The position numbers and the translations under genes are program-made. Under the pieces are notes generated by a model. The model had not been told where the DNA came from. It was given only the letters and a program-made list of their open reading frames with translations, and searched no databases. 64,000 bases of DNA from Mobula hypostoma (lineage: Eukaryota), in the NCBI RefSeq assembly GCF_963921235.1, contig NC_086097.1, forward strand, positions 45,820,001-45,884,000, written 5' to 3'. Positions 1-12,349 of the stretch are shown here, in pieces (position 1 is the stretch's first letter; each line of letters begins with the position of its first letter).

Positions 1-1300
1 CCAAACCTCTTCTGCAACCTCTCCAAAGCATTGACATCCTTCCTATAATGAGACGACCAGAACTGAATGCAGTACTGCAGATGAGGCCTAACTAGAGTTT
101 TATAAGCTGCAATTTAACTTCCTGACTCTTGAATTCAATTCCTTGACGAATTAACACAAGCATAGCATGTGCTATCAATCCATGTAACCTTTGCACATCA
201 ACACTGTATGGTTCTTGCTATTGCCAATGTACTGTAGAAAGTTGTAAACTCAGTCAGCTCTGTCATAGGCACCAGCTTCCCCAGCATTGTGTACACCTTC
301 AAAAGGTGATGCCTCTAAAAGGTGGCATCCACTAATAAGGGCCCCCCTCACCCACGACAGGTCCCCTTCCCATCAAGAGGAGGTACAGGAGCCTGAAGAC
401 ACACACTCAACATTTCAGGAACAGCTTCTTCCCCTCCACCATCAGATTTCTCAATGGACAATGAACCCATGAAAACTACCTCACTATTTTATTTCTCTCT
501 TTGCACTACCTGTTTAATTTATTTTTTTATATATATACTCATTGTAATTTATAGTTTTTTTATTATTTTGTATTACAATGTATTGCTGCCACAAAACAAC
601 AAATTTCTGCTTCTTTACATTTGATATCCCAAAATGCAACACTTCACATTTGGCTAGGTTAAGCTCCATCTGCCATTTCAAAGCTGGTATCTGCAACTAA
701 TGTATATTCAGCTGTTTCATTTGCCACCAACCTTCGTATCGCCTGCAGACATACTAACCTGCACATCTCCATTTTCATCCAGGTTACTTACATATATCAC
801 AAACAGCAGAGGCCCCAGCACAGAGCCTTCTGGAACACAACACATTGCAGACCACCAGCCAGGATAAGTCCGTCTCATTGACCGCTACCCTCCTTGACTT
901 ACGGAGAAGTCAATTCTGAACCCTAATGGCAATCTAACAGAGCAGCCCATGCATCTTAATCTTCTGGATGAGCCTCACATGAGGAGCCTTGTCAATTCTG
1001 AACTAAAATCCATGCAGATGAAATCTACAACTCTATCTTCATCAATTACTTTCATGACCTCCTCGAGAAACTCAGACAAGACAGTAGAATATGACTCCCT
1101 AATTGGCCCATAGTTCTCAGAATGCTCATATCTGTAGGAATCCCCTCCAGTAACTTCCCTACCACTGGTAAGAGACTCACCAGTTTATAATTTCCATATT
1201 TATGTTGAATAATGGAACAATGTTAGTAACTCACTGGTCCTCCAGGAACTGGTCAAGGCCCCAGCAATCTCATCTGTTGCCTTTCTCCAAACCTCTTCCA
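1..1300 (-). mobile_element. Degenerate CR1 LINE ORF2 fragments, interrupted by a + strand LINE 3' end (~190-600)
   Basis: Reverse strand gives CR1 RT motifs (WQMELNLAKCEVLHFG; remnant of the YCVQFWSP region at ~30-100). Boundaries approximate. Confidence 0.7.
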
Positions 1301-2575
1301 TCTTTCTACCTAAGTCACTGGTGGCAATATGCACCAATCTCCTATCATTATTGCTTAGCCGGACTTTAGCCTGCCCTCTCGTTCCTCAGAGCCAGCCAGA
1401 GTGTCACTGACCTGGCTGCTACTGCTGTGTCGATAGGACACTCCCCCTGTGCCGCCCAGCAGTGTCGAAAGGGACATACTTTTTGCTGAGGGGAATTGCC
1501 ATAGGGGGACCCTGCACTGACTCCCTACTGCCCTTACACTTCCTAGTGGTCACTCATCTATCTGAAGCCTGTATCCTGGGTGTGACCATTGCAGCCTCAT
1601 CCATCAAGCCCTCAACTTCCCAGATTATCAAGTAACACCAGATCAGGGATACATCCCTCTGTCAGTTACATCTACAGGAAACACTGCTTCATGAAGCCAA
1701 CATCCATTAGCAAAGGTCCTCACCATCTGGGCTGTACCATTTTCTCACAGTTACCATTGAGCAGGATGCAGAGACTCAGCTAGGCATGAGGTTCTTAGCC
1801 CGAAACATTAACTCTTTATTCCTCTCCATAGGTGAGGCCGAATGTGCTCCTCTGGCATTTTGTGTGTGTTACTCTGAGTAAAAGCTTCTTCCCTTCAACC
1901 ATTCAATTCTTGAACCAACCAGCACAAATCCAATCACTACAATGCTATGACCACTTTGATCACTTTGCACTAAAATTGGACTTCATGTTTTTTTTTGTTC
2001 TGATTGTGTTTTTCAAGTATCATCTATGTTTATGCTTTCCTTCTGAATACTGCTTCTATGATCCTTTGTGCCTGTGGTGCTGCAGCAAGTAAGTTTTTCA
2101 TTGCACCTGTGCAAGCACGTACTTGTGTGTTTGACAATGAACTCAGCTTTGCCTGTGACTTTGACTTTGACTGATCCCCAGAGTGTTAAAGAGGCTCAGC
2201 CACTGAATTTATTCAGGAAGGAAGTTGACAGAGGTATGGATATTAAGGGAATCATGGAATTTGGGTGTTGAAGGAAAGGATCAGACATGGTTATATCAAA
2301 TGGTGGAACAGGTGTGAGGGGCTGTGTGATCTGCTCATACTTTTATAATCGTGTTGCTGTTTGGCTGAAAAAAACTGGGTGCAGGACGGCCCTCTGCAGA
2401 TCTTGGTCAATTCAATGAAGTATGCGCATGTTTCTTTTAAAACAGTTTTTACATGCATAAAGGGTGGAGTAGTGCAGGATGGTTACTCACCATATAATAC
2501 TTTCACAATATTTATGAAAACAATTCGACATGATTTTAGAATCTTACTCGTTCATTGAACATTGCAGCAAAATTA

Positions 2576-4085
2576 ATAGTCATAGTCATAGTCATACTAT
2601 ATTAATCCTGGGGGAAATTGGTTTTTGTTACAGTTGCTCCATAAATAATAACTAGTAATAGAACCATAAATAGTTAAATAGTAATATGTAAGTTATGCCA
2701 GGAAATAAGTCCAGGACCAGCCTATTGGCTCAGGGTGTCTGACCCTCCAAGGGAGGAGTTGTAAAGTTTGATGGCCACAGGCAGGAATGACTTCCTATGA
2801 CGCTCTGTGCTGCATCTCGGTGGAATGATTCTCTGGCTGAATGTACTCCTGTGCCCACCCAGTACATTATGTAGTGGATGGGAGACATTGACCAGGATGG
2901 CATGCAACTTAGACAGCATCCTCTTTTCAGACACCACCGTGAGAGAGTCCAGTTCCATCCCCACAACATCACTGGCCTTACGAATGAGTTTGTTGATTCT
3001 GTTGGTGTCTGCTACTCTCAGCCTGCTGCCCCAGCACACAACAGCAAACATGATAGCACTCCCACCACAGACTCGTAGAACATCCTCAGCATCGTCCGGC
3101 AGATGTTAAAGGACCTCAGTCTCCTCAGGAAATAGAGACGGCTCTGGCCCTTCTTGTAGACAGCCTCAGTGTTCTTTGACCAGTCCAGTTTATTGTCAAT
3201 TTGTATCCCCAGGTACTTGTAATCCTCCACCATGTCCACACTGACCCCCTGGATGGTAACAGGGGTCACCGGTACCTTAGCTCTCCTCAGGTCTACCACC
3301 AGCTCCTTAGTCTTTTTCACATTAAGCTGCAGATAATTCTGCTCACATCATGTGACAAAGTTTCCTACCGTAGCCCTGTACTCAGCCTCATCTCCCTTGC
3401 TGATGCATCCAACTATGGCAGAGTCATTCGAAAACTTCTGAAGATGACAAGACTCTGTGCAGTAGTTGAAGTCCGAGGTGTAAATGGTGAAGAGAAAGGG
3501 AGACAAGACAGTCCCTTGTGGAGCCCCAGTGCTGCTGATCACTCTGTCGGACACACAGTGTTGCAAGCACACGTACTGTGGTCTGCCAGTCAGGTAAACA
3601 AGAATCCATGACACCAGGGAAGCATCCACCTGCATCGCTGTCAGCTTCTCCCCCAGCAGAGCAGGGCGGATGGTGTTGAATGCGCTGGAGAAGTCAAAAA
3701 ACATGACCCTCACAGTGCTCACTGGCTTGTCCAGGTGGGCGTAGACATGGTTCAGCAGGTAGACGATGGCATCCTCAACTCCTAGTCGGGGCTGGTAGGC
3801 GAACTGAAGGGGATCTAAGTGTGGCCTGACCATAGGCCGGAGCAGCTCCAGAACAAGTCTCTCCAGGGTCTTCATGATGTGGGAGGTCAATGCCACTGGT
3901 CTGTAGTCATTGAGGCCGCTGGGGCACGGCATCTTCGGCACAGGAACGCGGCAGGACGTCTTCCACAGTACAGGAACCCTCCGGAGCCTCAGGCTCAGGT
4001 TGAATACATGGTGAAGTACTCCACATAGCTGAGGGGCACAGGCTTTGAGCACCCTGGTACTGACACCATCCAGTCCTGCAGCTGG
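2576..4085 (-). mobile_element. Rex1/Babar-like LINE, 5'-truncated, with (TATGAC)n tail
   Basis: ORFs 3348-4205, 3018-3320 and 2722-3051 give RT motifs (NDYRPVALTS, LQFAY, FFDFSSAFNTI, GAPQGTVLSPFLF, YKYLG). The 3' tail reads catagt repeats at 2576-2597. Confidence 0.9.
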
Positions 4086-4351
4086 ATGCCGGATAAAAAG
4101 AACGTAATAAATTCTGGTGAAAAATGCAGACATGTGGCAAATTTTATTCAAGAATTCTGAAATGATGTATTTGGACGTTAAAAATGGGATTTTCCAATAT
4201 GTCATGGATGCAGACTGAGGCAGGATTTAAAAAGGAGTTTTCAAAATGTTGGGTGGTGTGGGTGCTGGTGGAGGATGAAATCCTAAAAAGGAATGGACAG
4301 ATCAGAAGGCGGGGGGTGGGGGTATAAAAATACAAAGACAGATAGATTTGA

Positions 4352-4473
4352 GGGCCTTGGCCCGAAACGTCGACTGTACCTCTTCCTAGAGATGCTGCCT
4401 GGCCTGCTGCGTTCACCAGTAACTTTGATGTGTGTTGCTTGAATTTCCAGCATCTGCAGAATTCCTCGTGTTT
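4352..4473 (+). mobile_element. Penelope-like element 3' terminal fragment with partial hammerhead motif
   Basis: Same sequence as the terminus at 29411-29532. Flanked by a 14-bp direct repeat acagat(a)g/aatttga at 4338-4351 and 4474-4487 (1 mismatch). Confidence 0.8.
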
Positions 4474-7318
4474 ACAGATAAATTTGATTGGTGTTTCACA
4501 TTGAGGAACAGGAGAAGCAGAGGAAGCAAATCTCTCTCTTGTGGGGCACAGGAAAATAAAGTCTGGGGAACTCCGTGGAAAGCAGCATGAGCTACATGGT
4601 GCCGGTAATTATCACATTCAAGATGATAGAATCTGTCCACCTTGTCTTGCACTCAATTTGGAGCTGATTGCTGTGCAATTATCACCAAGCATTCCTGCTT
4701 CTATCCTTATGTTGTAGGGAGGCCTTTGATAAAAGCAGATAATAACTGGGGCCAGGTAGCATTGCTAAGGAATTACAGCACCATTGCAGGCTTAGGCTGT
4801 TAAAATAAATATTTTGGATCAATTCCATTGAAGTAGAGACAAAGTACAAAAGTGAATAAGTTAATCGTTTATAAATTACTGATTTGCCCCTAGCTGACGT
4901 ATGTGTTTAATTTTGAGTATGGTATTTAGTTAACAGGAATATCTAAGGTTCACTTTCACATATCCTGTATTTTACATATCTAAAGGTAATTATTTCCTTT
5001 TCTGGGGAGACCAGATAGTATTCAGCTGCAGACTTTATTATCTTCAGAGGCCCAAAGCAATTAGGCTGTCTGACACAAATATAGGCACCAGTAGATTGGA
5101 AGGTAGGGGGATATAGACCTGCCATCTTCTTGAGAAATAAACAGATGCCTTCTCATGTGTCCCCTGGCTGCACCTCTGCAATCTTATTTCTCTGTGTGTA
5201 AGTAAACGTCAGGAGTGATGAACTACTCTGGAAATTTCCGCCAACTCTTTCTCAAAAGATAAAATTACTAAGGGTCATGTGACAATAGTGTGTGCTAGCA
5301 TGAAAGCTGTCAAATTCCTCTGTATTCACAACTACCGTTTGCAAGTGGAGAGAGACGTGAAAGCACAGAGGAACATCTGGAGAAATTTCTGAAACGCAAG
5401 TTCGCCGCTGTTGTTACTGTGCGATTGAGAATCTTCCGGAGGGAAGGCCTCAAAATCCCCTTGATCTTTTGAAGTCTGTATCAGGGGGTGGGGGGGGGGA
5501 GGAATAGTGTGTTAATGATATTGTTGTGCGAAGATTAAAGTACGCACCCCGGTGAATGAGTAATTAGTAATCAGTGTGTGAAATGTGAGGAATAAAACAA
5601 TGTGTGAATATGAGGAAAGATGTTTGGGTGACCATTTAAGTGCCAGGCCAAATTGGAAACGTCAGGTCCAGGCTGAATCGAGACAGCGGGATTCAGGCCC
5701 CAGAGTGAAGTGAAGCGACTGAGCCTGATGACTGGACAACAATTTACGCACTGCGACAGACGGGAAAGGTTAGGGTGTCAGGGCCTGAGGTGAGGGACAG
5801 GCCGGTTTGTTCTGCTCTGCACTGAACAGAGGGTCTGTGGACGGACTCTCTTTCATGGAATTCAATTTGAAACGCTATTTTCTTGCTCCTATTGTTTGCC
5901 TGGTTTGTTTCCCCCCCCCCCACCCCCTGCACATTAGGTGTTTGACAGTCTTATTTTTAATGAGTTCTTTTGGGTTTCTTTGTTTTGTGGCTGCCTTTAA
6001 GGAGACGAACCTCAAAGTTGTTTGATGTATACATACTTTGATAATAAATGTACTTTGAACCTTCAGCAAAGAACACTGTAGAGACTGTAGAGGGATACAT
6101 TGTGCTTTGTGCAATTAGAGATGGTGGATATGAGAACGGAGACTAGAATGCTTTGAGGTCTGCAATCAAACAAGGGCAGTGCAGCCTGTACAACGAAATT
6201 GCTTTAATGAGGTCTCAGCACTGATTTCACGTTTTTGGGAGTAAACTAATTTCTGGGCCAACATGATGGATTGCCTTTAAGTCTGAAAGTAATCTAAGGT
6301 TGCATAGGTATCTCTAACTACTGCCTTTCTATTTTCTTATCTTAGGTTCCCCATGTATTTATTCTTTAGTTTGTATCCTTTTGAAAATGATATAGGAATT
6401 TTACTTGCCAGTGAATCAAAAGAAGTAAGAACAAACACCTAAATTTTCCACCATTAAAAATATAGTAAAATGTATTTCTTGTTCCAGATAACAACGGTCT
6501 GATATTTTTCAGTTTAATTACTCTGTTGATTATTTTAATTTGATCTACTTTGTTGTTGTGAGTCATAGCTTCGGAACCTATGACTTACTAAATTCCAAGG
6601 TTTTTACTGAAGTTTGAGCATTTAGTTTCGGGTTTTGCGGAAGTTTTTAAAATTGTGTTCCTGGAATACCTAACTGAAAACAAAGGCATATGAACGCAAC
6701 GTGCTAGAAATACTCATTATATTAGGTACAACCTATGGAGAATGAAAGGGAATATCACTTCAACACAACGAACCTTCATCAGAACTGGAACGATGGGAAA
6801 ATTAGCCGTTTTAAAATTGCACTAAGTGGAAGAAGTGGAGAAAACAGAGAAGATGCCTGTGACTGAGTGGAATTGAAGGTTCTTTCAGCTGTCCAAGTTG
6901 CTATGGTTGGTCAGTAGGAAAGGTCAGGTAGACCAACCTGAATTTGCAATCAATGCAAACAAAATGCTGGAGGAACTCAGTGGGTTAGGCAGCATTGATG
7001 GAGGAAAATGAACATCAATGAGACCATTTAACAGAACTGAGACTATTTATCAGAACTGAAAAAGAAAGAAGCAGAAGCCATAAGACATAGGAGCAGAATT
7101 AGGCTATTCGGCCCACCGAGTCTATCATGGCTGAGCCTGGATCCCATTCAACCCCATACACCTGCCTTCTCACCATATCCTGTGGTGCCCTGACCGATCA
7201 GGAAATGATCAACTTCCACCTTAAGTATAAGCAATGGACTTGGCCTCCACCGCAGTCTGTGGCCGAGCATTCCACAGATTTACCACTCTCTGGCCAAAAC
7301 AATTCCTCCTTCAGAAAT

Positions 7319-8197
7319 TCATCTTCAGAAGTTTTCGGATGACTCTGCCATAATTGGATGCATCAGCAAGGGAGATGAGGCTGAGTACAGGGCTACGGTA
7401 GGAAACTTTGTCACATGGTGTGAGCAGAATTATCTGCAGCTTAATATGAAAAAGACTAAGGAGCTGGTGGTAGACCTGAGGAGAGCTAAGGTACCGGTGA
7501 CCCCTGTTTCCATCCAGGGGGTCAGTGTGGACATGGTGAAGGATTACAAATACCTGGGGACACAAATTGACAATAAACTGGACTGGTCAAAGAGCACTGA
7601 GGCTGTCTACAAGAAGAGTCAGAGCTGTCTCTATTTCCTGAGGAGACAGAGGTCCTTTAACATCTGCCGGATGATGCTGAGGATGTTCTACGAGTCTGTG
7701 GTGGCCAGTGCTATCATGTTTGCTGTTGTGTGCTGGGGCAGCAGGCTGAGGGTAGCAGACACCAACAGAATCAACAAACTCATTCATAAGGCCAGTGATG
7801 TTGTGGGGATGGAACTGGACTCTCTCACGGTGGTGTCTGAAAAGAGGATGCTGTCTAAGTTACATGCCATCTTGGTCAATGTCTCCCATCCACTACATAA
7901 TGTACTGGGTGGGCACAGGAGTACATTCAGCCAGAGACTCATCACACCGAGATGCAACACAGAGCGTCATGGGAAGTCATTCCTGCCTGTAGCCATCAAA
8001 CTTTACAACTCCTCCCTTGGAGGGTCAGATACCCCGAACCAATAGGCTGGTCCTGGACTTATTTCATAATTTACTGGCATAATTTACATATTACTATTTA
8101 ACTATTTATGGTTCTATTACTATTTATTATTTATGGTGCAACTGTAATGAAAACCAATTTCCCCGGGGATCAATAATGTATGACTATGACTATGACT
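7319..8197 (+). mobile_element. Rex1/Babar-like LINE 3' fragment nested in a minus-strand CR1
   Basis: ORF 7446-8045 is near-identical to the copy at 2576-3447; (tatgac)n tail. Flanks 7080-7310 and 8198-8630 join into a continuous CR1 3' region. Confidence 0.9.
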
Positions 8198-8699
8198 TAT
8201 CTCTGTTCTAAAGAGTCACCCCTCAATTTTGAGGCTGTGCCCTCTAGTTCTGGATACTCCCACCATAGGAAACATCCTCTTCACATCCACCCTATCCAGT
8301 CCTTTCAACATTCGGTAGGTTTCAATGAAATCCCCCTATATTCTTCTAAATTCCAATGAGTACAGGCCCAAAGCTGCCAAACACTCCTTATATGTTAACT
8401 CCTTCATTCTCGATATCATCCTCTTGAACCTCCTCTGGACTCTCTCCAATGACAACACATCCTTTCCGAGATATGGGGCCCAAAACTGTTGACAATACTC
8501 AATGTTTTTATATTCTATTCCCCTTGAAATAAATTCCAACTTTGCATTTGCCTTTTTACCACAGACTCGACCTGTAAATTTATATTCTAGGAGTCTTGCA
8601 TGAGGACTCCTAAGTTCCTTTGCACCTCTGATTTGGTATCTGCAGTTTTTCACTCGTGGGTTACTTCAACTACAAAATATATTCTTCAAACGCTGAAAA

Positions 8700-9580
8700 T
8701 AATTTCATCTTTGAGAAAATGAATCAAAGTATTGAGTACAGAAGATGAGATGTTATGTTGAAGTGGTATAACACATTGCTGAGGCCTAATCTGAAGTAAT
8801 GTGTGCAGTTTTGGTCACCTACAGCACAATGGCATCAGCGCCCGACTCTGGAGTGAAGGCTCCCAAGTTCGAATCCAAGTCGGGCCACCCCCCAGCATGC
8901 TTTCCATCCGTGCCATGTTGAGCATCGAGCTAGCCACTCTCGTAAAAAAAAAAGGGTCAAGTCAGGAACGTTCATATCGTAACCCGGTTAATCCAAAAGG
9001 AGACCAATCCTGACACTACGCGCCAGACAAGAATGGCCGACTGTCTGGTGCGACACGCTAGGAAACCTACGTACAGGGAGATGGAAATAAGGTTGAAAGA
9101 GTACAGAGAAAATTTACAAGGATATTGTCGAGTCTGGTGAACCTGTGTTATATGGAAAGGTTGAATAGGTTAAGACTTTATTCCTTAGAATGTAGAAGAT
9201 TGAGAGGAGATTTGATAGAGGTATACAATATTATGAGGGTTATAGATATGGTAAATGTAAGCAGCCTTTTTCCACTGAGGTTAGATGGGACTACAACTTG
9301 AGGTCAAGGGTTAAGGGAGAAAGGTGAAGAGTTTAAGGGGAATATGAGGGGAAACTTCTTCAATAAGAGGGTCGTGAGAGGGTGGAATGAGCTGCCAGCA
9401 CAAGTGGTGCATGCCAGCTTGATTTCAATGTTTAAGAGAAGTTTGGATAGGTACATGGATGGTAGGGATATGGAGGGCCATGGTCCAGGTGCAAGTCAAT
9501 GAAAGTAGGCTGTTTAAATGGTTTGGCACAGACTAGATGGGCTGAAGGGTCCTGTTTCTGTGTTGTACCTTTCTATATCT
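8700..9580 (+). mobile_element. CR1 LINE 3' fragment interrupted by a SINE
   Basis: CR1 ORF2 C-terminal motifs (VQFWSP, ERVQRKFTR, RRLRGDLIEVY) and a CR1-type 3' UTR. Confidence 0.85.
8823..9064 (+). mobile_element. tRNA-derived SINE
   Basis: tRNA-like head with A-box-like TGGCATCAGCG and B-box GTTCGAATCC. 6-bp TSD acctac at 8817-8822 and 9065-9070; removing the insert restores the CR1 sequence. Confidence 0.75.
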
Positions 9581-9599
9581 CTAAGGTTGTTAGAAGAGC

Positions 9600-10450
9600 A
9601 TTCTGCAAATTGAACATGGAACAGTACAACACAGTACAGATTCCTTGGCCCATGATGGTGTGCCAACCTTTTAACTAGCTCCAAGACCAATCTCACTCTT
9701 TTATCCTACAGAGCCCTCCACTTTCCTTTAACCCATGTGCCTATAGAAGAGTCTCATAAATGTCCCTAATGTATCTGCCTCAAGCATCATGCCTGTCAGC
9801 TCATTCCAAGCAGCTGCCACTCTGTGTAAATAAAATACTTCTGACATCCTCCTGGTACTTCATCGCCTTCAAATTATGCCCCCTCATATCAGACATTTCT
9901 TCCTCATGAAAAGGCCTCTGGCTGTCCTCTCTATCCATATCTCTTATCATCTTGTTCACCTCTGACAAGTCATCTCTCATCCTCCTTTGCTCCAAAGAGA
10001 ATAGTCCTCGATCACTCAACCTACCCTCATAAGGCCTACACTCTACTCTTGGTAGCATTCTGGTAAATCTTCTCTGCACCCTCTCTAAAGTTTCCACATC
10101 TTTCCTATAATGAGGTGACCAGAACTGAACATAATACTCCAAGTATGGTCTAACCAGAATTTTATGGAGCTGCAATATTACATCGCAGCTCTCGAACTCA
10201 ATCCCCCGGCTATTAAAAGCCAACTACCCATGCACCTCCTTAACAAACCTGTCAAACTGCATGGCAACTTTGAGGGATCTGTGTACGGGGACACCAAATC
10301 CGTCTGTTCCTCTAGACTGCTAAGAATCCTACCATTAGCCTAATACTCTGCCTTCAAGTTCAGTCTTTCAAATTGTATCACTTCACACTTTTCCAGATTG
10401 AACCACATCTGTCACTTCTCAGCCCAGCTCTGCATCCTATCAATGTACTT
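9600..10450 (-). mobile_element. CR1 LINE 3' fragment
   Basis: ORF 9801-10223: LVRPYLEYYVQFWSPHYRKDVETLERVQRRFTRMLP. Confidence 0.88.
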
Positions 10451-11149
10451 TGCGCTATCTGACTATTCCCTTTGCCTACCCTGACAGACACCCAGCTACC
10501 TGCCTCCCAACTCTGAGGAGTGACTAACTCTTATAACTCCTGTCATTCGCCAAATGAGCCGAAGGTCACCCAGCTCCAACTCCAGTTCCCTTACACAATC
10601 TGTGAGCAGCTGTATCCATATCTCAATTCAATTTGTAGCTTAGATGTTAAATCTTGCTGCTTAAGGTGTAGAGGTGTAGAAAATGCAAAGCACCATTATG
10701 GGCACATTATAGGTCATTGGAGGTTTTGGAGATTTGAGACCTTGTTAGGGCACGTCAGACTAGTGGAGCACTGGTCAGAGGTCTCAGCATATTGGAGTGT
10801 CAGGCAGCTGAGTTTTTGGGACAGTAGTAATCAGGGAGCCACGTATACATGGCTTGGGTCAAGACTTGGGCAAATGGGAAAATCAGGTGGATGAGATAGG
10901 TGAGTGAGCAGGCAGGTACCATGATTTTAGGCCAGAAAGACCTTGAAGGATATAAAGTAACCATCGGTCACAATTTGATGGGTTTGTCATCCTATGTATT
11001 TAGGAATGAGCAATGGATTATTTTTGGGACAACGTCATCCAATTTTTCCTGTAGTGTAATGATATGAATCAATGCACATCTGATACAGTTGTCACATTAG
11101 GTGAGAAAATGTGAGTCACATTGGGGAGTGCCTGATTTGGAATGATGCA

Positions 11150-12060
11150 AAACTATTGAGAATTAGTCATCATTGTGTTTCATTTATTATTGTCAAATGT
11201 ACTGAGTTACGGTGAAAAACTTAACTTACATATTGTTCGTACTGATCAATTAATTACAATAGTATGTTGAGGTTGTACATGGTAAACAACAGTTGAATAC
11301 AGTTTAAGGTGTTACAATTATGAAGTGCACTGCAGGTAGACAATGAGATACAAGGTCATAGTGAGGTAAATTAAGGTCAAAAGTCCATGATATAATACAA
11401 GGGAAATGTTCAATAGTCTTATCGTAATGATATTTCAGCCTGATGGGACATTTTTTCAGGCATTCCTACCCCTGCGGGATGGGAGGGGTCAGAGGAGAGA
11501 ATGTCTGGGGCGGGTGGGGTCTTTGATTATGTTGCGAGAAGTGTGGACAGAGTCCAAGGAGGGAAGGCTAGTCTCAGTGATGTGCAGAGCAGCTGCCTTC
11601 CCAAGCCATGACGCATCCAGACAGAATAGTGCATCAGTAAAAATTGGAGAGGATTGAAGGGGACATACCAAATTTTCTTATCCTCCTGAGGAAGTAGAGG
11701 CAAGCAGTAAGCTTTCTCGGCTGTGGTGTCAATGCGGTTGGATCAGAACAGGTTATCAGTGATGTTCGCTCCTAGGAACTTAAGTCTCTCAACCCTCTCA
11801 GCTTCAGAAATGTTGATGTAAACAGGAGCATGTGCACTGCCCCCCACCCTGAAGTCAATAACCACTCTTTTGTTTTGCTGACGTTGAGGGAAAGGTTGTT
11901 GCCATGACACCATTGTCACTAGGCTCTCTATCCCCTTCCTGTATTCCAACTCATTGTTATGTAAAATACAAACCAAATAATGGTATTATTTGCAAATAAG
12001 TAGGTGGAATTAGAGCAGAATCTGGCCAAGCAATCTTGAGTGTTAATGAAATATAGCATG
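11150..12060 (-). mobile_element. Degenerate Rex1/L2-like LINE 3' fragment
   Basis: ORF 11743-11976: VVIDFR...VERLKFLG, RT thumb-region motifs. Confidence 0.7.
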
Positions 12061-12349
12061 TATGAACAGAGTATGTAATGCTAAGCTGAACAAAGCAACG
12101 ACTTCTAGATTATCTGTTATATCAAAGTTCAAAGTAAAATTATTATCAGAGTACATATATGTCACCATATGCTACCCTGAGATTCATTTTCTTGCAGGCA
12201 TTCACAGTAGGTACAAAGAAACATAAAAAAGTCGATGAAAATATGCACAAATGAAGATAGACAAACAACCAACATGCAAAAGAAGACAAAAGAAGAAATA
12301 CAAAAATATAACAATCATGTACCTTTTCTGCTGAATTGGTGGGCAAGCA

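Noticed and set aside
4490..5340. Possible exon of an upstream neighbouring gene
   Set aside because: No recognisable protein similarity or convincing splice-site pair by eye.
5340..6065. Repeat-like block with a (tttgaac)-type tail; similar tails near 26430-26610 and 62300-62360
   Set aside because: Probably an interspersed repeat, but I cannot assign family or boundaries without a library search.
8823..8890. Functional tRNA gene
   Set aside because: B-box present but no complete cloverleaf or acceptor stem; embedded in a TSD-flanked insertion, so called a SINE.
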